The notes under the pieces are model-generated. The model did not search any database. It had not been told where the DNA came from and was given only the letters and a program-made list of their open reading frames with translations. 64,000 nucleotides of DNA from an uncultured Planctomycetia bacterium (lineage in GTDB: Bacteria; Omnitrophota; Gorgyraeia; CAYWPX01): contig CAYWPX010000008.1 in assembly GCA_964460615.1 (NCBI GenBank), positions 6,849 through 70,848 of the forward strand, read 5' to 3'. Positions 8,109 to 17,592 of this stretch are shown piece by piece (the stretch's first letter is position 1; every line of letters starts with the position of its first letter). The translations under genes and the position numbers were made by a program.

Positions 8109-8849
8109 TCAATTTTTACTCAGTGATACCTTTTTTGTTCTATCGGCTCCGGTGGCGTCAAATTCGCTATTATATAGAAACGGCCCGCCTACGTGGCCGT
8201 CTACAAAAAGCACCATAATAGGAGTAGTGTTATTGGATGTGGGGCCCTTGCCTCCATGGCCCGGGCGGATATTGGGGTGGTCAAATTCAACCGCAACCTT
8301 GTTTTTTTCATACGTAACATCTGAATAAGCGGTCGGCAAACCGGAGGCATTAAAAAATAAACCCTGATTCAAAAAATATGAATTACCATAGTAATTAAAA
8401 AACGAAGTATTACCGGTAGCCGCTAAACCTGTCGCGTCGTCAGGACAGTGGAATACCTCAAAACCTGCGCTTGACTCATCATCCGGATTATCTGGGTTTA
8501 TTACGTCGAGATACCTGTTTAAGGGCCTGTTTTTTGCCGCATATAGAGCGCCATTATTTATACTTCCGTGCTTTCCGCCAAAATACCAACCTAAAGCAGA
8601 TGTTTGGGAAGGGGGGTTTGTATATAGGGGAAAAACGTAGTTATTGTCCTCTAAATATAGATGCCAGGCCACGCCATGCTGCCTAAGATTATTCAGGCAG
8701 AGAACTCTTCTGCCCTGTTCCCTCACCTTGCCGATTACCGGCACCAAAGACCCGAAAACCACTCCCAGGATAACAATGATCACCAGCATCTCCAAAAGAG
8801 TGAATGCTTTAGCGGGTTTTGAATGATCTTTATAACCTTTTAGAACCAA
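8109..8849 (-). CDS. Prepilin-type N-terminal cleavage/methylation domain protein with a C-terminal DGH (H-X9-DG/DUF1559-like) motif; type II secretion pseudopilin-like
   Basis: The N-terminus KAFTLLEMLVIIVILGV is a class III signal peptide. The C-terminus carries VLFVDGHVG. This family is hugely expanded in Planctomycetes, Verrucomicrobia and Omnitrophota. Confidence 0.7.
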   Translation of the reverse strand: MVLKGYKDHSKPAKAFTLLEMLVIIVILGVVFGSLVPVIGKVREQGRRVLCLNNLRQHGVAWHLYLEDNNYVFPLYTNPPSQTSALGWYFGGKHGSINNGALYAAKNRPLNRYLDVINPDNPDDESSAGFEVFHCPDDATGLAATGNTSFFNYYGNSYFLNQGLFFNASGLPTAYSDVTYEKNKVAVEFDHPNIRPGHGGKGPTSNNTTPIMVLFVDGHVGGPFLYNSEFDATGADRTKKVSLSKN

Positions 8850-8904
8850 TTCACCACCTATTTTTAATATATTATACCATTAATTTTAGGACTATTCTAA
8901 TAAA

Positions 8905-10242
8905 TTATTTTCTGAGCAAGCTATTTAAATTATGGATAAGCTCTTTGACCTTATCAAAGATAACGGCATCATCTCTCTTATACATAGGAAATATACTGTT
9001 ATTATGCTTTAGCGGATCTTCGGTTTTATCAAAACCTGCCAGTCTGTAATACTCCGTGCCCGGTATAGGAGAATACTCCTCAGGATAGATCCTTAGTCTA
9101 AGGTCTGATACAAATTCTATAGATCCCTTCATAGACTCGAATGTTTCGCCGGGCAACCCCAGTAAAAGGTTTACTCCGATATCTTTAGACTCGTATCCGG
9201 CATCCAAAAGGAATTTTACACTATTTAAAAAAACATCATTACTGACTTTAAACCCGGTGTTTTGTTGTCTCTCGGCATTACTCGTCTCAAGAGCAAGACG
9301 TGGATTTATAAAATTGGCTTTTTTCATCAGTATTGCCAGGTTTTTCGTCATGAACCTCGCATGAAGGCCGTTCGGTGTAAAAAAATTAACCTTAATTTTT
9401 TTCCTTATTATCCCTTCCAATATTTTTATAATATGGTTTTCGGCATTATACAAAAGCGCGTCGTCATAAAACGCAAAATTCACAACTTTAAGCGATTTGC
9501 TAAAATACTCTATCTCATCTATTACGAACTCATAATTCTGTTGGCTGAAACCTTTATCCAGAAGATACCACCCGCAATAACTGCATCTAAATGGGCACCC
9601 TGTTGAAGTCTTTAGGGTAATATAAGAGAGTTTCGGATATAGTTCATATAAAGGGATTAGGGGGTCCCTGGTAGCTTTATCTATATCAAAATCAATTTTG
9701 AGAAGGGTTTGGGTCAGTTTCAGTATCTCTTTTATATCGCCCCCTTTATACACAACATCAGCATTGCTCAATTTTTGGGCATGCTCATGGCAAAGCGTTG
9801 CATAAACACCCCCTAGAACAAGCGGCGCATTTGGAAATTTATTTTTTACCACTCTTATCGCTTCAATTACTCCCGGATACCAATACGTCATGCCTGAAGT
9901 AACAAAAATTATATCCGGCTTCGGAGTTTCATTAAGTAATTTGTCAAATAATTCCGGCGGATAGCCATATCTTTTATAATAGCGTTTTATGCCCTGGTAA
10001 ATACCGGGCTTATCGACAATTTCTGAATAATAGTTGCCGCATCCATAAGGAGAGCTTTTTGGAAGTTTTTCTTTAAGTAACCTTGCGAGACTAGGGTTAA
10101 GCCTATCAAGACAATCTATAAGACTTATCTTAAACCCGAGCTTTTTTAAACGGCTTGCTATATTTAAAAGGCCAAGCGGCTTAGACCAGAGGTCATAAGC
10201 CGCAAAATCATAAATCCAGGGGTTTACGAGTAGTGCCCGCAT
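8905..10242 (-). CDS. B12-binding domain-containing radical SAM protein (class B)
   Basis: N-terminal Rossmann-like B12 domain, then a CPFRCSYCGW radical SAM cluster motif. Confidence 0.75.
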   Translation of the reverse strand: MRALLVNPWIYDFAAYDLWSKPLGLLNIASRLKKLGFKISLIDCLDRLNPSLARLLKEKLPKSSPYGCGNYYSEIVDKPGIYQGIKRYYKRYGYPPELFDKLLNETPKPDIIFVTSGMTYWYPGVIEAIRVVKNKFPNAPLVLGGVYATLCHEHAQKLSNADVVYKGGDIKEILKLTQTLLKIDFDIDKATRDPLIPLYELYPKLSYITLKTSTGCPFRCSYCGWYLLDKGFSQQNYEFVIDEIEYFSKSLKVVNFAFYDDALLYNAENHIIKILEGIIRKKIKVNFFTPNGLHARFMTKNLAILMKKANFINPRLALETSNAERQQNTGFKVSNDVFLNSVKFLLDAGYESKDIGVNLLLGLPGETFESMKGSIEFVSDLRLRIYPEEYSPIPGTEYYRLAGFDKTEDPLKHNNSIFPMYKRDDAVIFDKVKELIHNLNSLLRK

Positions 10243-10251
10243 AATAATTTA

Positions 10252-11370
10252 TTATAAACTTCCTTTAAGGGTTTGCTCCTCCAGATCTTCGATCTCTTTT
10301 TTTAGCATAAGAGGAAGGCCTAATATATTAACATCCATAAACCCTCTGATAATTAAAGACTGCGCCTCTTCTTTTGTAAAACCTCTCGATGACAGATATT
10401 CTATCTCATCATTACTGATCTTGCCGATAGCCGCTTCGTGCGACATATCCACTTCACGATAATCTGTTTCCAATTCCGGTATTGCGTGTACAATCACTTT
10501 TTCAGATAAGACTAAACCCCTGCATTCTAAATGCGCTTTGACATTTTCTGCTTCTGCCTTCAGATGGCCCCTTGAGATCATCTTCCCTCCGAGACTCACG
10601 GCCCTGGCGATTATCTCGGCCTGGGTATCGGGGGATTTGAATATAACCCGGGAACCTATATCATGCAATGAATCCGGGTACGAAAGAACCAGGGAATTAA
10701 AACTTGCCCTTGCCTTTTGGCCCATTAAAACCGCTGTCGGATACATAGTAATATCCCTTACCGGTTTAAGGCAAACATAATTGGAGATAAATGTTGCTCC
10801 TTCTTCGACTAACGCAATGCCGATAGGCTTAACCGAAACATCCTCTTTCCAGCTATGTATCATCGTAAAATTTAAATAACCGCCTTTTTTTATAAAAAAT
10901 TCCGAGATCCCAAGATGAAAACCTTCGCTAGCCGCCTTTGCCGCCGAACATCCGGTTATCAGATATACCTTGGCGCCCTCCTCGATAATAACCAGGTTAT
11001 GAACTTTCTGTTTAAAGCCCTGGGTCTTTAAAAATAGGCATGCCTGGATGGGAAGCTCAAGGGTTTTACCTTTTTTTACCCTGATAAAATATCCTCCGGA
11101 GGTATCTTGGGGGAATTCTCTATCCATATATTTAAATGCTTTACCAAAATACTCTTTGGCCTCCGGATAATTCTTGACCGCATCGTCAGTATTCAATATA
11201 TCCACAGCGTCGGACAGGCTCCTTGAAAACCGTAGGTTTGTATCCTGCTGCAAAAAGCTGCCGCTTCGGGTCTTTTCAGATATATCCATCCCGCTGGAAG
11301 CAATAATCTCCGCGTCATTTGGATCTACCAATTTATTTAAGTCGTCTTGGGGCATTGGCACACCTTGCAC
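10252..11370 (-). CDS. sufD: Fe-S cluster assembly protein, SufB/SufD family (SufD-like)
   Basis: C-terminal beta-helix region with the GRGLVLSE...HEAAIGKIS...EIEYLSSRGF pattern of SufB/D. It overlaps sufC by 34 nt, so the true start may be an internal Met. Confidence 0.7.
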   Translation of the reverse strand: MQGVPMPQDDLNKLVDPNDAEIIASSGMDISEKTRSGSFLQQDTNLRFSRSLSDAVDILNTDDAVKNYPEAKEYFGKAFKYMDREFPQDTSGGYFIRVKKGKTLELPIQACLFLKTQGFKQKVHNLVIIEEGAKVYLITGCSAAKAASEGFHLGISEFFIKKGGYLNFTMIHSWKEDVSVKPIGIALVEEGATFISNYVCLKPVRDITMYPTAVLMGQKARASFNSLVLSYPDSLHDIGSRVIFKSPDTQAEIIARAVSLGGKMISRGHLKAEAENVKAHLECRGLVLSEKVIVHAIPELETDYREVDMSHEAAIGKISNDEIEYLSSRGFTKEEAQSLIIRGFMDVNILGLPLMLKKEIEDLEEQTLKGSL

Positions 11371-12056
11371 TTTTCGTAACCGGACTCTCTTATGGTATCA
11401 AACATCTCTTTCGGATCCCCTACACACCAGAATTTTCCATCCATCATCATACAACCGCGCCCGGCCTTTATATAATCAAGAATATAACCGGTATGTGTAA
11501 TGATAAGAGCTGATTTATCTTTTTGATTGAGATATTCCTGCAACACTTTTCCCATTATGGATATATTTTCAAGGTCCACCCCTGATTCAGGCTCATCCAG
11601 CAAAAGAAGATCCGGGTTTTGGAGCATCAACTGGAAAAGTTCTGAGCGTTTCATTTCCCCTCCGGAAAAATCCATGTTAACATCACGGTCTAGATGATTG
11701 CTTAAAGATAACTTGCCTGCCAGATCATCGATCTTTTTGGTGTCTTCGTTCAAGAACCTAGCTAATTGGATCAGTTTTACCCCTCTTATCCTCGGTGGGT
11801 GCTGATACATGATCCCAAGACCAAGCTCGACTCTTTTTTCAACTGTCAGATCATTTATTTGTTTACCTTTCAGGCTTATCACACCGCTTTTAATATTATA
11901 ATTAGAAAAGCCCATGATAGTTTTTATTAAAGTAGATTTTCCGCTCCCGTTTGGGCCGAAAAGAACCATGACCTCGCCTTTTTTTATCTCAAGGCTTATG
12001 TCTTTGAGAATATCTCTCCCTGAAACGCTTGCAGACAAATTGTCGATCTTTAGCAT
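11337..12056 (-). CDS. sufC: Fe-S cluster assembly ATPase SufC
   Basis: Walker A GPNGSGKST, ABC signature FSGGE and Walker B LLLLDE. It has an unusual Cys-rich C-terminal tail (CKVCQCPKTT). Confidence 0.85.
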   Translation of the reverse strand: MLKIDNLSASVSGRDILKDISLEIKKGEVMVLFGPNGSGKSTLIKTIMGFSNYNIKSGVISLKGKQINDLTVEKRVELGLGIMYQHPPRIRGVKLIQLARFLNEDTKKIDDLAGKLSLSNHLDRDVNMDFSGGEMKRSELFQLMLQNPDLLLLDEPESGVDLENISIMGKVLQEYLNQKDKSALIITHTGYILDYIKAGRGCMMMDGKFWCVGDPKEMFDTIRESGYEKCKVCQCPKTT

Positions 12057-12059
12057 ATT

Positions 12060-12563
12060 CTAAAAACCTTCCCAATGAATGATCTTTTCAAGAGCCCTTT
12101 TTGTATCTATTACCTTAAAGGCATCTGATCTGGCCGGGTATCCAAGAGGCACTATACTTACTAACCTATATTCCTTCGGAACATTTAAAATTCTCTTTAT
12201 ATCATCAGTATACGGCTTTTTGTCTCCGGCCACCCAGCATGCTCCGATGCCTAAAGATTGCGCAGCCAAAAGAATATTCTCGGTAGCCGCGCTTCCGTCT
12301 TCAAGATAATATTTTGTATCGGCGCAAAACACAATTATACAGGCCGCGGCGTTTGATATAAATCTGCCGTTATCTGTAGCGTCGGATAAACTCTTAAGAA
12401 TGTCTTTATCGGTAATCACAATAAATTCCCAGGGATCTACCGCCCTGGCGCTTGGGGCAAACCTGCCCGCATCCACGATTTTAATAAGGTCGCTTTTAGC
12501 GATACTCTTATCAAGATATTCACGGACACATCTACGGGTTTTTATGAAATCTATGATATTCAT
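12060..12563 (-). CDS. Nitroreductase family protein
   Basis: Typical nitroreductase N-terminus (RRCVREY, RFAPSA) and 167 aa size. Confidence 0.8.
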   Translation of the reverse strand: MNIIDFIKTRRCVREYLDKSIAKSDLIKIVDAGRFAPSARAVDPWEFIVITDKDILKSLSDATDNGRFISNAAACIIVFCADTKYYLEDGSAATENILLAAQSLGIGACWVAGDKKPYTDDIKRILNVPKEYRLVSIVPLGYPARSDAFKVIDTKRALEKIIHWEGF

Positions 12564-12705
12564 ACAACAATGTATCTCCTCTGTTATTAAAAAAATCTAT
12601 ATGATTCGATCGTTCTGGCTGATGCAACAAATTGTTTTGTTGGGCTTGAGGATAATAGAGGCTGATCTAATAGTACGGATCTGTTCTGACAGCAATCGGC
12701 TTCAC

Positions 12706-13929
12706 TCATAAAATTCTATCTATACTGATATCTTCCGATTCATTTTTGAAATCCAAAGACACGACATTCTGCATAGAAAGCGCTTCTTTTAACTCCCTGT
12801 CCTTAACCAAACCCATCTCTTTAAGTACCTCGCCAAGCATCAAACCTCTTTTCCAATGGATCTTCAAAGCTTCGTCAAGCTGCTCAGGTAAAATCGATTT
12901 TCTATCCAGAAGTATCTGCCCAAGAGGCTTATACCTATTAAGCCTATTTACCTCTTTTTTTACATGCTGAGGCGATAAAAGCCCTTCTGATGAAGCGTTT
13001 CTTCTATCGGGCATGAATTTACTTCCCGGCATCGATTTAAGGTACCTCTTTATCTCAGCGACTTTTTCGTTTATCTCTATCATATTCAAAGGATCATCGG
13101 GGCTGAGTTTACTGACAATAGCGATGGAAACACTCATCAAAGGGATCTTTTTTATCTGGTGCGTCCTGTCCCTGGCCACGACAAAACCATTCTGCCTGTC
13201 AACAAGAGAATAATGGAAAGGGATGATGCTATCAAAAGTCTTGATAAAATTTTCTGCTATCGCTTTAAACTTATCAGGCGTTGTAAGAAAAACAAAATCA
13301 TCCCCGCCGATATGGCCCAGAAAATCATTCTTATTTCCGAATTTTTTTATTACGGAGTAAAGCATATAAGCTGTCTGAATAATTACTTTATCGCCGTTCA
13401 AATATCCGTAAACATCATTAAAATATTTGAAGCTGTCAATATCGACATAACCAAAACTAAAAGGCTCATTCTTTTTTATACGTTCTTTTAGAACCTCCTC
13501 TATCACCCTGCCTCCTGGAAGCCCTGTAAGGGAACTGGCATAAAAATTAAGCTGTGATCTTTTTATTGCCATCTCAACCCTGACCCTAAGGTCCAGCGGG
13601 TCGGGAGGCTTAATGAGGTAATCATCAACTCCGTATTTAAGATTAAGGAGCTGATTTCTTAATTGTCTCTTATTTATAAGGGTGATTATAGGGATAAAAT
13701 TTGTTGTGAAGTCATCTTTAAGGATATGGCAGATCTCCAGTTGTGATTTTTTAACGGAGTGGACATCGGCCACTATTACATCGGGAGAAATTTTCTTTAT
13801 ATAAGATATATCGATAGCGATATTATCAAGAAGGAATACTTCATACCCCCATCCGTCAAAACAGAAATTTAGGACTTCTCTGATTTTTTTATCTGAGGAG
13901 ATTATAAGTATTTTTTTGGTATCTTCCAT
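12706..13929 (-). CDS. Response regulator with REC domain, degenerate GGDEF domain (GGDDF) and C-terminal MshEN/T2SSE_N-like c-di-GMP-binding domain
   Basis: The REC domain has its phospho-acceptor Asp in VIVADV. The GGDEF domain reads ...LGHIGGDDFVFL with no RxxD I-site. The C-terminus carries two LGxxLxxxGxxxxxxLxxALxxQ motifs (LGQILLDRKSILPEQLDEALKIH and MLGEVLKEMGLVKDRELKEALSMQ), characteristic of MshEN. Confidence 0.75.
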   Translation of the reverse strand: MEDTKKILIISSDKKIREVLNFCFDGWGYEVFLLDNIAIDISYIKKISPDVIVADVHSVKKSQLEICHILKDDFTTNFIPIITLINKRQLRNQLLNLKYGVDDYLIKPPDPLDLRVRVEMAIKRSQLNFYASSLTGLPGGRVIEEVLKERIKKNEPFSFGYVDIDSFKYFNDVYGYLNGDKVIIQTAYMLYSVIKKFGNKNDFLGHIGGDDFVFLTTPDKFKAIAENFIKTFDSIIPFHYSLVDRQNGFVVARDRTHQIKKIPLMSVSIAIVSKLSPDDPLNMIEINEKVAEIKRYLKSMPGSKFMPDRRNASSEGLLSPQHVKKEVNRLNRYKPLGQILLDRKSILPEQLDEALKIHWKRGLMLGEVLKEMGLVKDRELKEALSMQNVVSLDFKNESEDISIDRIL

Positions 13930-13997
13930 TGGCCACCTTTATAGATAATAGCATACCTTCTATATTGCAGTTAGTCAATATTGCCGATCTAAAAATA

Positions 13998-14666
13998 TCA
14001 GACCGAACAGGACTTATCTATTAAAAACACGATCTCGCTTAATTCATCAAGAACAATATCCGCGCCTTTAAGATATGCCTTAGGGAGCCCTGTTGTAAGC
14101 CCTATGCAGCACATACCCGCCTTTTTTGCAGACTCAATGCCAAAAGGCGCATTCTCTACCACAAGGCACTCCGAAGGCTTGACCTTTAATAACTTAGATG
14201 CCTTCCAATAAGGCTCAGGATGAGGTTTGCCAAGCTTAACCTGATCTCCTGCGACAATCTCGTCAAAAAGGATCAGTATGTTTTTCGGTAAGATCTTCTT
14301 GACGTCTCTTATCGGAGTGCCGGTAACCAGGCCTATCAGGTAACCTCTGGACTTTAAACACCTGATTATCCCTTTTACTCCCTGAAAAACGAATCTTTTG
14401 AAATATTGCTTAAATATCTTCTGTCTGTATTTAAATATCTCCCTGAAGATCTTTTTTGAGGGGGCTTTCCCGGATTTTTCGAATAGACTTTTTAAAGTCT
14501 TATCCCATCTCTCTCCTTCTTTAGAGTAGACATCGAAACAGCTTACCCTCACACCATACGGCCTCAAGGCTTCATACCAGGCAATAAAATGGTACGGCAT
14601 AGAGTCTATAATAACCCCGTCCATATCAAATATTATGGCCTTCGGCTTAAAATTAAGTTTTTTCAT
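13998..14666 (-). CDS. HAD-IA family hydrolase (beta-phosphoglucomutase-like)
   Basis: Motif I IIFDMDGVIIDS, a conserved T/S, and a C-terminal K...G/D D motif. Confidence 0.75.
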   Translation of the reverse strand: MKKLNFKPKAIIFDMDGVIIDSMPYHFIAWYEALRPYGVRVSCFDVYSKEGERWDKTLKSLFEKSGKAPSKKIFREIFKYRQKIFKQYFKRFVFQGVKGIIRCLKSRGYLIGLVTGTPIRDVKKILPKNILILFDEIVAGDQVKLGKPHPEPYWKASKLLKVKPSECLVVENAPFGIESAKKAGMCCIGLTTGLPKAYLKGADIVLDELSEIVFLIDKSCSV

Positions 14667-15636
14667 GGATATTTTTATCTTTTGTTAAAAGAGATTTTGA
14701 AAACTCCAATAGATCTTCTATGGATTTTTTTGTATTTGGCACAAAACAACCTGCAACATCGAAATGCCCTCCTCCTCCGAAATGCTCAGCAACAATTGCA
14801 ATATTGATCTTGTGCTTGGATCTAAGGCTTACTCTCAGGATCTTCTTGCTTTTTTCTCTGAACAATATCGCCATCTCAACATCTTTTATAGCACGCATAC
14901 GGTCACAAACAGCATCCACATCCTCGTCTTTGCCTTTTACGTTCCCAAAATCCCTGCGCCTAACAATAGACCAGACAAGCTTGCCTCTCTTCAAGAACTT
15001 GCACCTTGAAAGGCAAAGCCCGGTAAGAATAGTTGCCTCTTTTTTTTCAGACCAAAAAACCGCATCAACAAGTTTATAATAATCCACCCCTAAAGCCATT
15101 AATTTAGCGCATATATCAAAAGTAAGCGGGCTTACCTTCGGCAGGCTGAAAGAATTTGTCTCCACAACAATGGAGGTAAGAAGATTCTGCGCAATATCTT
15201 TACACAACGGCACTTCAAGCTCGTTTAATAACCTATAAACCAGCTCTCCGGCCGCCGCGGCATCTACATCATTAAATAAAAGGTCTCCGAAAGACTGCCT
15301 GAAAAGATGGTGGTCTATCTCGAGAATAGTTTTTGCTTTCTCAAAGATCTCAAAGGCCTTGCCCAGCATCTTCTTGTTTCCGCAATCAACAGAAATCGCT
15401 AAGTCTACTGTTTTATCTGTAGACTTCCTGATCTTTGAAGCTCCCGGAAGCAACCTGTACCTTTTCGGCACTCCATCGGTGCTTATCATATAAACCGTTT
15501 TGCCCAACTTTTTTAATCCAAGCCCCAAAGACAGGAGAGATCCTATTGAATCTCCATCGGGATTTATATGCCCTGCAACGACAATTGATCTAGACTCTAA
15601 AATTTTTGATTTTATCAGATCTAAATTTTTTGCCAT
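14653..15636 (-). CDS. nrnA: DHH/DHHA1 phosphoesterase (NrnA-like oligoribonuclease/pAp phosphatase)
   Basis: GHINPDGDSIGS and DHH motifs, with a DHHA1 C-terminal GGGH motif. Confidence 0.8.
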   Translation of the reverse strand: MAKNLDLIKSKILESRSIVVAGHINPDGDSIGSLLSLGLGLKKLGKTVYMISTDGVPKRYRLLPGASKIRKSTDKTVDLAISVDCGNKKMLGKAFEIFEKAKTILEIDHHLFRQSFGDLLFNDVDAAAAGELVYRLLNELEVPLCKDIAQNLLTSIVVETNSFSLPKVSPLTFDICAKLMALGVDYYKLVDAVFWSEKKEATILTGLCLSRCKFLKRGKLVWSIVRRRDFGNVKGKDEDVDAVCDRMRAIKDVEMAILFREKSKKILRVSLRSKHKINIAIVAEHFGGGGHFDVAGCFVPNTKKSIEDLLEFSKSLLTKDKNIHEKT

Positions 15637-16388
15637 TACACCACCCTATTAGTTAGTTTGCCTACCCCGCTAATATCTACTTCCACAAGGTCATTTTTTT
15701 TCATCGGTCCCACCCCGAAGGGCGTACCGGTAGACACAATATCTCCGGGCAAAAGCGTCATTATCCCTGAAATAAAAGCTACTAATTCATATGCGCTAAA
15801 GATAAAATTTCTCGTGGAGGAGTTTTGTTTCAGATTATTATTTAAATAAGTTTTTATGTTTAGATTATTGGGGTCTGCTTCATTTTCAATAAATGGCCCT
15901 ACCGGGCAGAAAGTGTCAAAGGATTTGGACCTGGTCCACTGAATATCCTGAGACTGAAGATCCCTTGCCGTAACATCATTTAAACAGGTTGAACCTAATA
16001 TGTAATCTTTTACAAATCTTGTTGAAATATCTTTGCATCTCTTTTTTATTACCAGCGCAAGTTCCCCTTCATAGTCAAGCCTCTTTACTCCGTTCGGATA
16101 AATAATATTTTCTTTGTGTGCTACCAGGGATGTTGCCGGCTTAAGAAATATTATCGGATGTTTGGGGATTTTCATATTAAGTTCCCTCGCATGGTCAATA
16201 TAATTTAACCCTGCCAGGACGATCTTCGAGGGGCAGGATGGTGCCAATATCCGCACTTTTTTAAGTGCGATTTTCTTATTTGAACGTTTAATGGACCCGA
16301 ACGGCGTCTCATTGAGAATGTTTACGTCTTCACCTTGAAGGACTCCCCAGCGTTCCTTTTCTTTATAAAAAAATCTCAATATTTTCAT
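15636..16388 (-). CDS. Fumarylacetoacetate hydrolase (FAH) family protein
   Basis: YEGELALVI and GTP.GVG motifs of the FAH fold. Size is 250 aa. Confidence 0.8.
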   Translation of the reverse strand: MKILRFFYKEKERWGVLQGEDVNILNETPFGSIKRSNKKIALKKVRILAPSCPSKIVLAGLNYIDHARELNMKIPKHPIIFLKPATSLVAHKENIIYPNGVKRLDYEGELALVIKKRCKDISTRFVKDYILGSTCLNDVTARDLQSQDIQWTRSKSFDTFCPVGPFIENEADPNNLNIKTYLNNNLKQNSSTRNFIFSAYELVAFISGIMTLLPGDIVSTGTPFGVGPMKKNDLVEVDISGVGKLTNRVV

Positions 16389-16390
16389 AA

Positions 16391-16678
16391 TTAGGCGATT
16401 ATTTTCAAAACTTCCTTTATCGGCATACCGGCTATTATCCCGAGTTTTTTGGCATTGGTGGTAGAATCTGCGACACTTGACTTAAGAACATCTTTTATTG
16501 TTGAAACACCCGTAACCTTTACGGCAACATCGCCGAATTTCTCCGCCGAATCCATATTTATATATCCGCACATGATGTAGCCATTCCTGCCTTTTATAAG
16601 AACAAAACTTTTGGATTGAAGTTTTGTCGCAAAGGCTTTGACGGCTTTCTTTCCGACTCTTATTACGCTAAATTTCAT
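16391..16678 (-). CDS. DUF1805 (YunC-like) domain protein
   Basis: 95 aa. The pattern GYIMCGYINMD...FGDVAVKVTGV resembles the YunC/DUF1805 family. Confidence 0.5.
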   Translation of the reverse strand: MKFSVIRVGKKAVKAFATKLQSKSFVLIKGRNGYIMCGYINMDSAEKFGDVAVKVTGVSTIKDVLKSSVADSTTNAKKLGIIAGMPIKEVLKIIA

Positions 16679-17225
16679 TTATCTTATCTTCTTTCTGCTC
16701 ATAAAACGCCTTGTAGATAAATTTATTCGCATTTCTTTTGGCGGCCAAAAGATAACCATTCTCGCCTTCCATCCTGGATATTTTACGCCTGGCTTCGGTG
16801 AGGAATCCTTTATAGCTTATAAGGACCGCGCCGTCGGATGGCCTTATGACCTCATAGTCAACGACCAATGTTGCCGAGCTTTTGGGTTCAACAGTATCAG
16901 CAATAGCGCTTGTCGCTCCGATCATTAGCGGCATTGCTTTTTTTATAAAAGCGAATTTCCTTATCTTGGAGACTATGATCACATCTGCATCGCTTTTAGT
17001 ATCAACCACGTCAAATGTAGTTTTTTTTCTCTCTAAAAACGCTTCCTTTAGGAGTTTTTTGAAGACATCGACTTTTACCTCGTCACTGCCCGATTCATTC
17101 TTAACGTCCTCTAAATATACCTTTATCACATGAGCATCTTTAAACATATCATAAAGATTCTTGTCAAGAGCCCAGCCAGAACCGGCAAAAAACATCACCA
17201 TAAGAAAAACCGCTATTCTCCTCAT
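16668..17225 (-). CDS. Hypothetical secreted protein or lipoprotein
   Basis: N-terminal signal peptide MRRIAVFLMVMFFAGSGWA. No recognised domain. Confidence 0.4.
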   Translation of the reverse strand: MRRIAVFLMVMFFAGSGWALDKNLYDMFKDAHVIKVYLEDVKNESGSDEVKVDVFKKLLKEAFLERKKTTFDVVDTKSDADVIIVSKIRKFAFIKKAMPLMIGATSAIADTVEPKSSATLVVDYEVIRPSDGAVLISYKGFLTEARRKISRMEGENGYLLAAKRNANKFIYKAFYEQKEDKINEI

Positions 17226-17291
17226 TGAAGCCTCCCATAAGTTATCCCATATAGTGGGATCGTTTTCATTACCGCAAAAAAAATGAAGACC

Positions 17292-17561
17292 TTACCTGAA
17301 ATTATAATGCTTCCTGACCGGTTCTTTAATTTCCCAGGTACAAGAAAGATCCTTCGGGAACATTACAAAGTCGCCTTTGCCAAATTCATAAAGTGCTCCG
17401 TCTTTTGCCTTCACGCTCACTCTCCCGGAAAGAAAATAGCACTCTTCTATGTCGTCATAATGCCAGTCGAATTTTGAAATTTCTTTTTCCCAAATAGGCC
17501 AACCGAAAACGCCCATTTCATCCAATTCGTTTTTAGATAATTTTTTTATCTCAATTTTCAT
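17292..17561 (-). CDS. Cupin domain protein
   Basis: 89 aa with a typical small-cupin pattern: CYFLSGRVSV...GDFVMFP. Confidence 0.55.
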   Translation of the reverse strand: MKIEIKKLSKNELDEMGVFGWPIWEKEISKFDWHYDDIEECYFLSGRVSVKAKDGALYEFGKGDFVMFPKDLSCTWEIKEPVRKHYNFR

Positions 17562-17592
17562 AGCTCCCCCCAGCTCTCTTTACCTATTTTAA

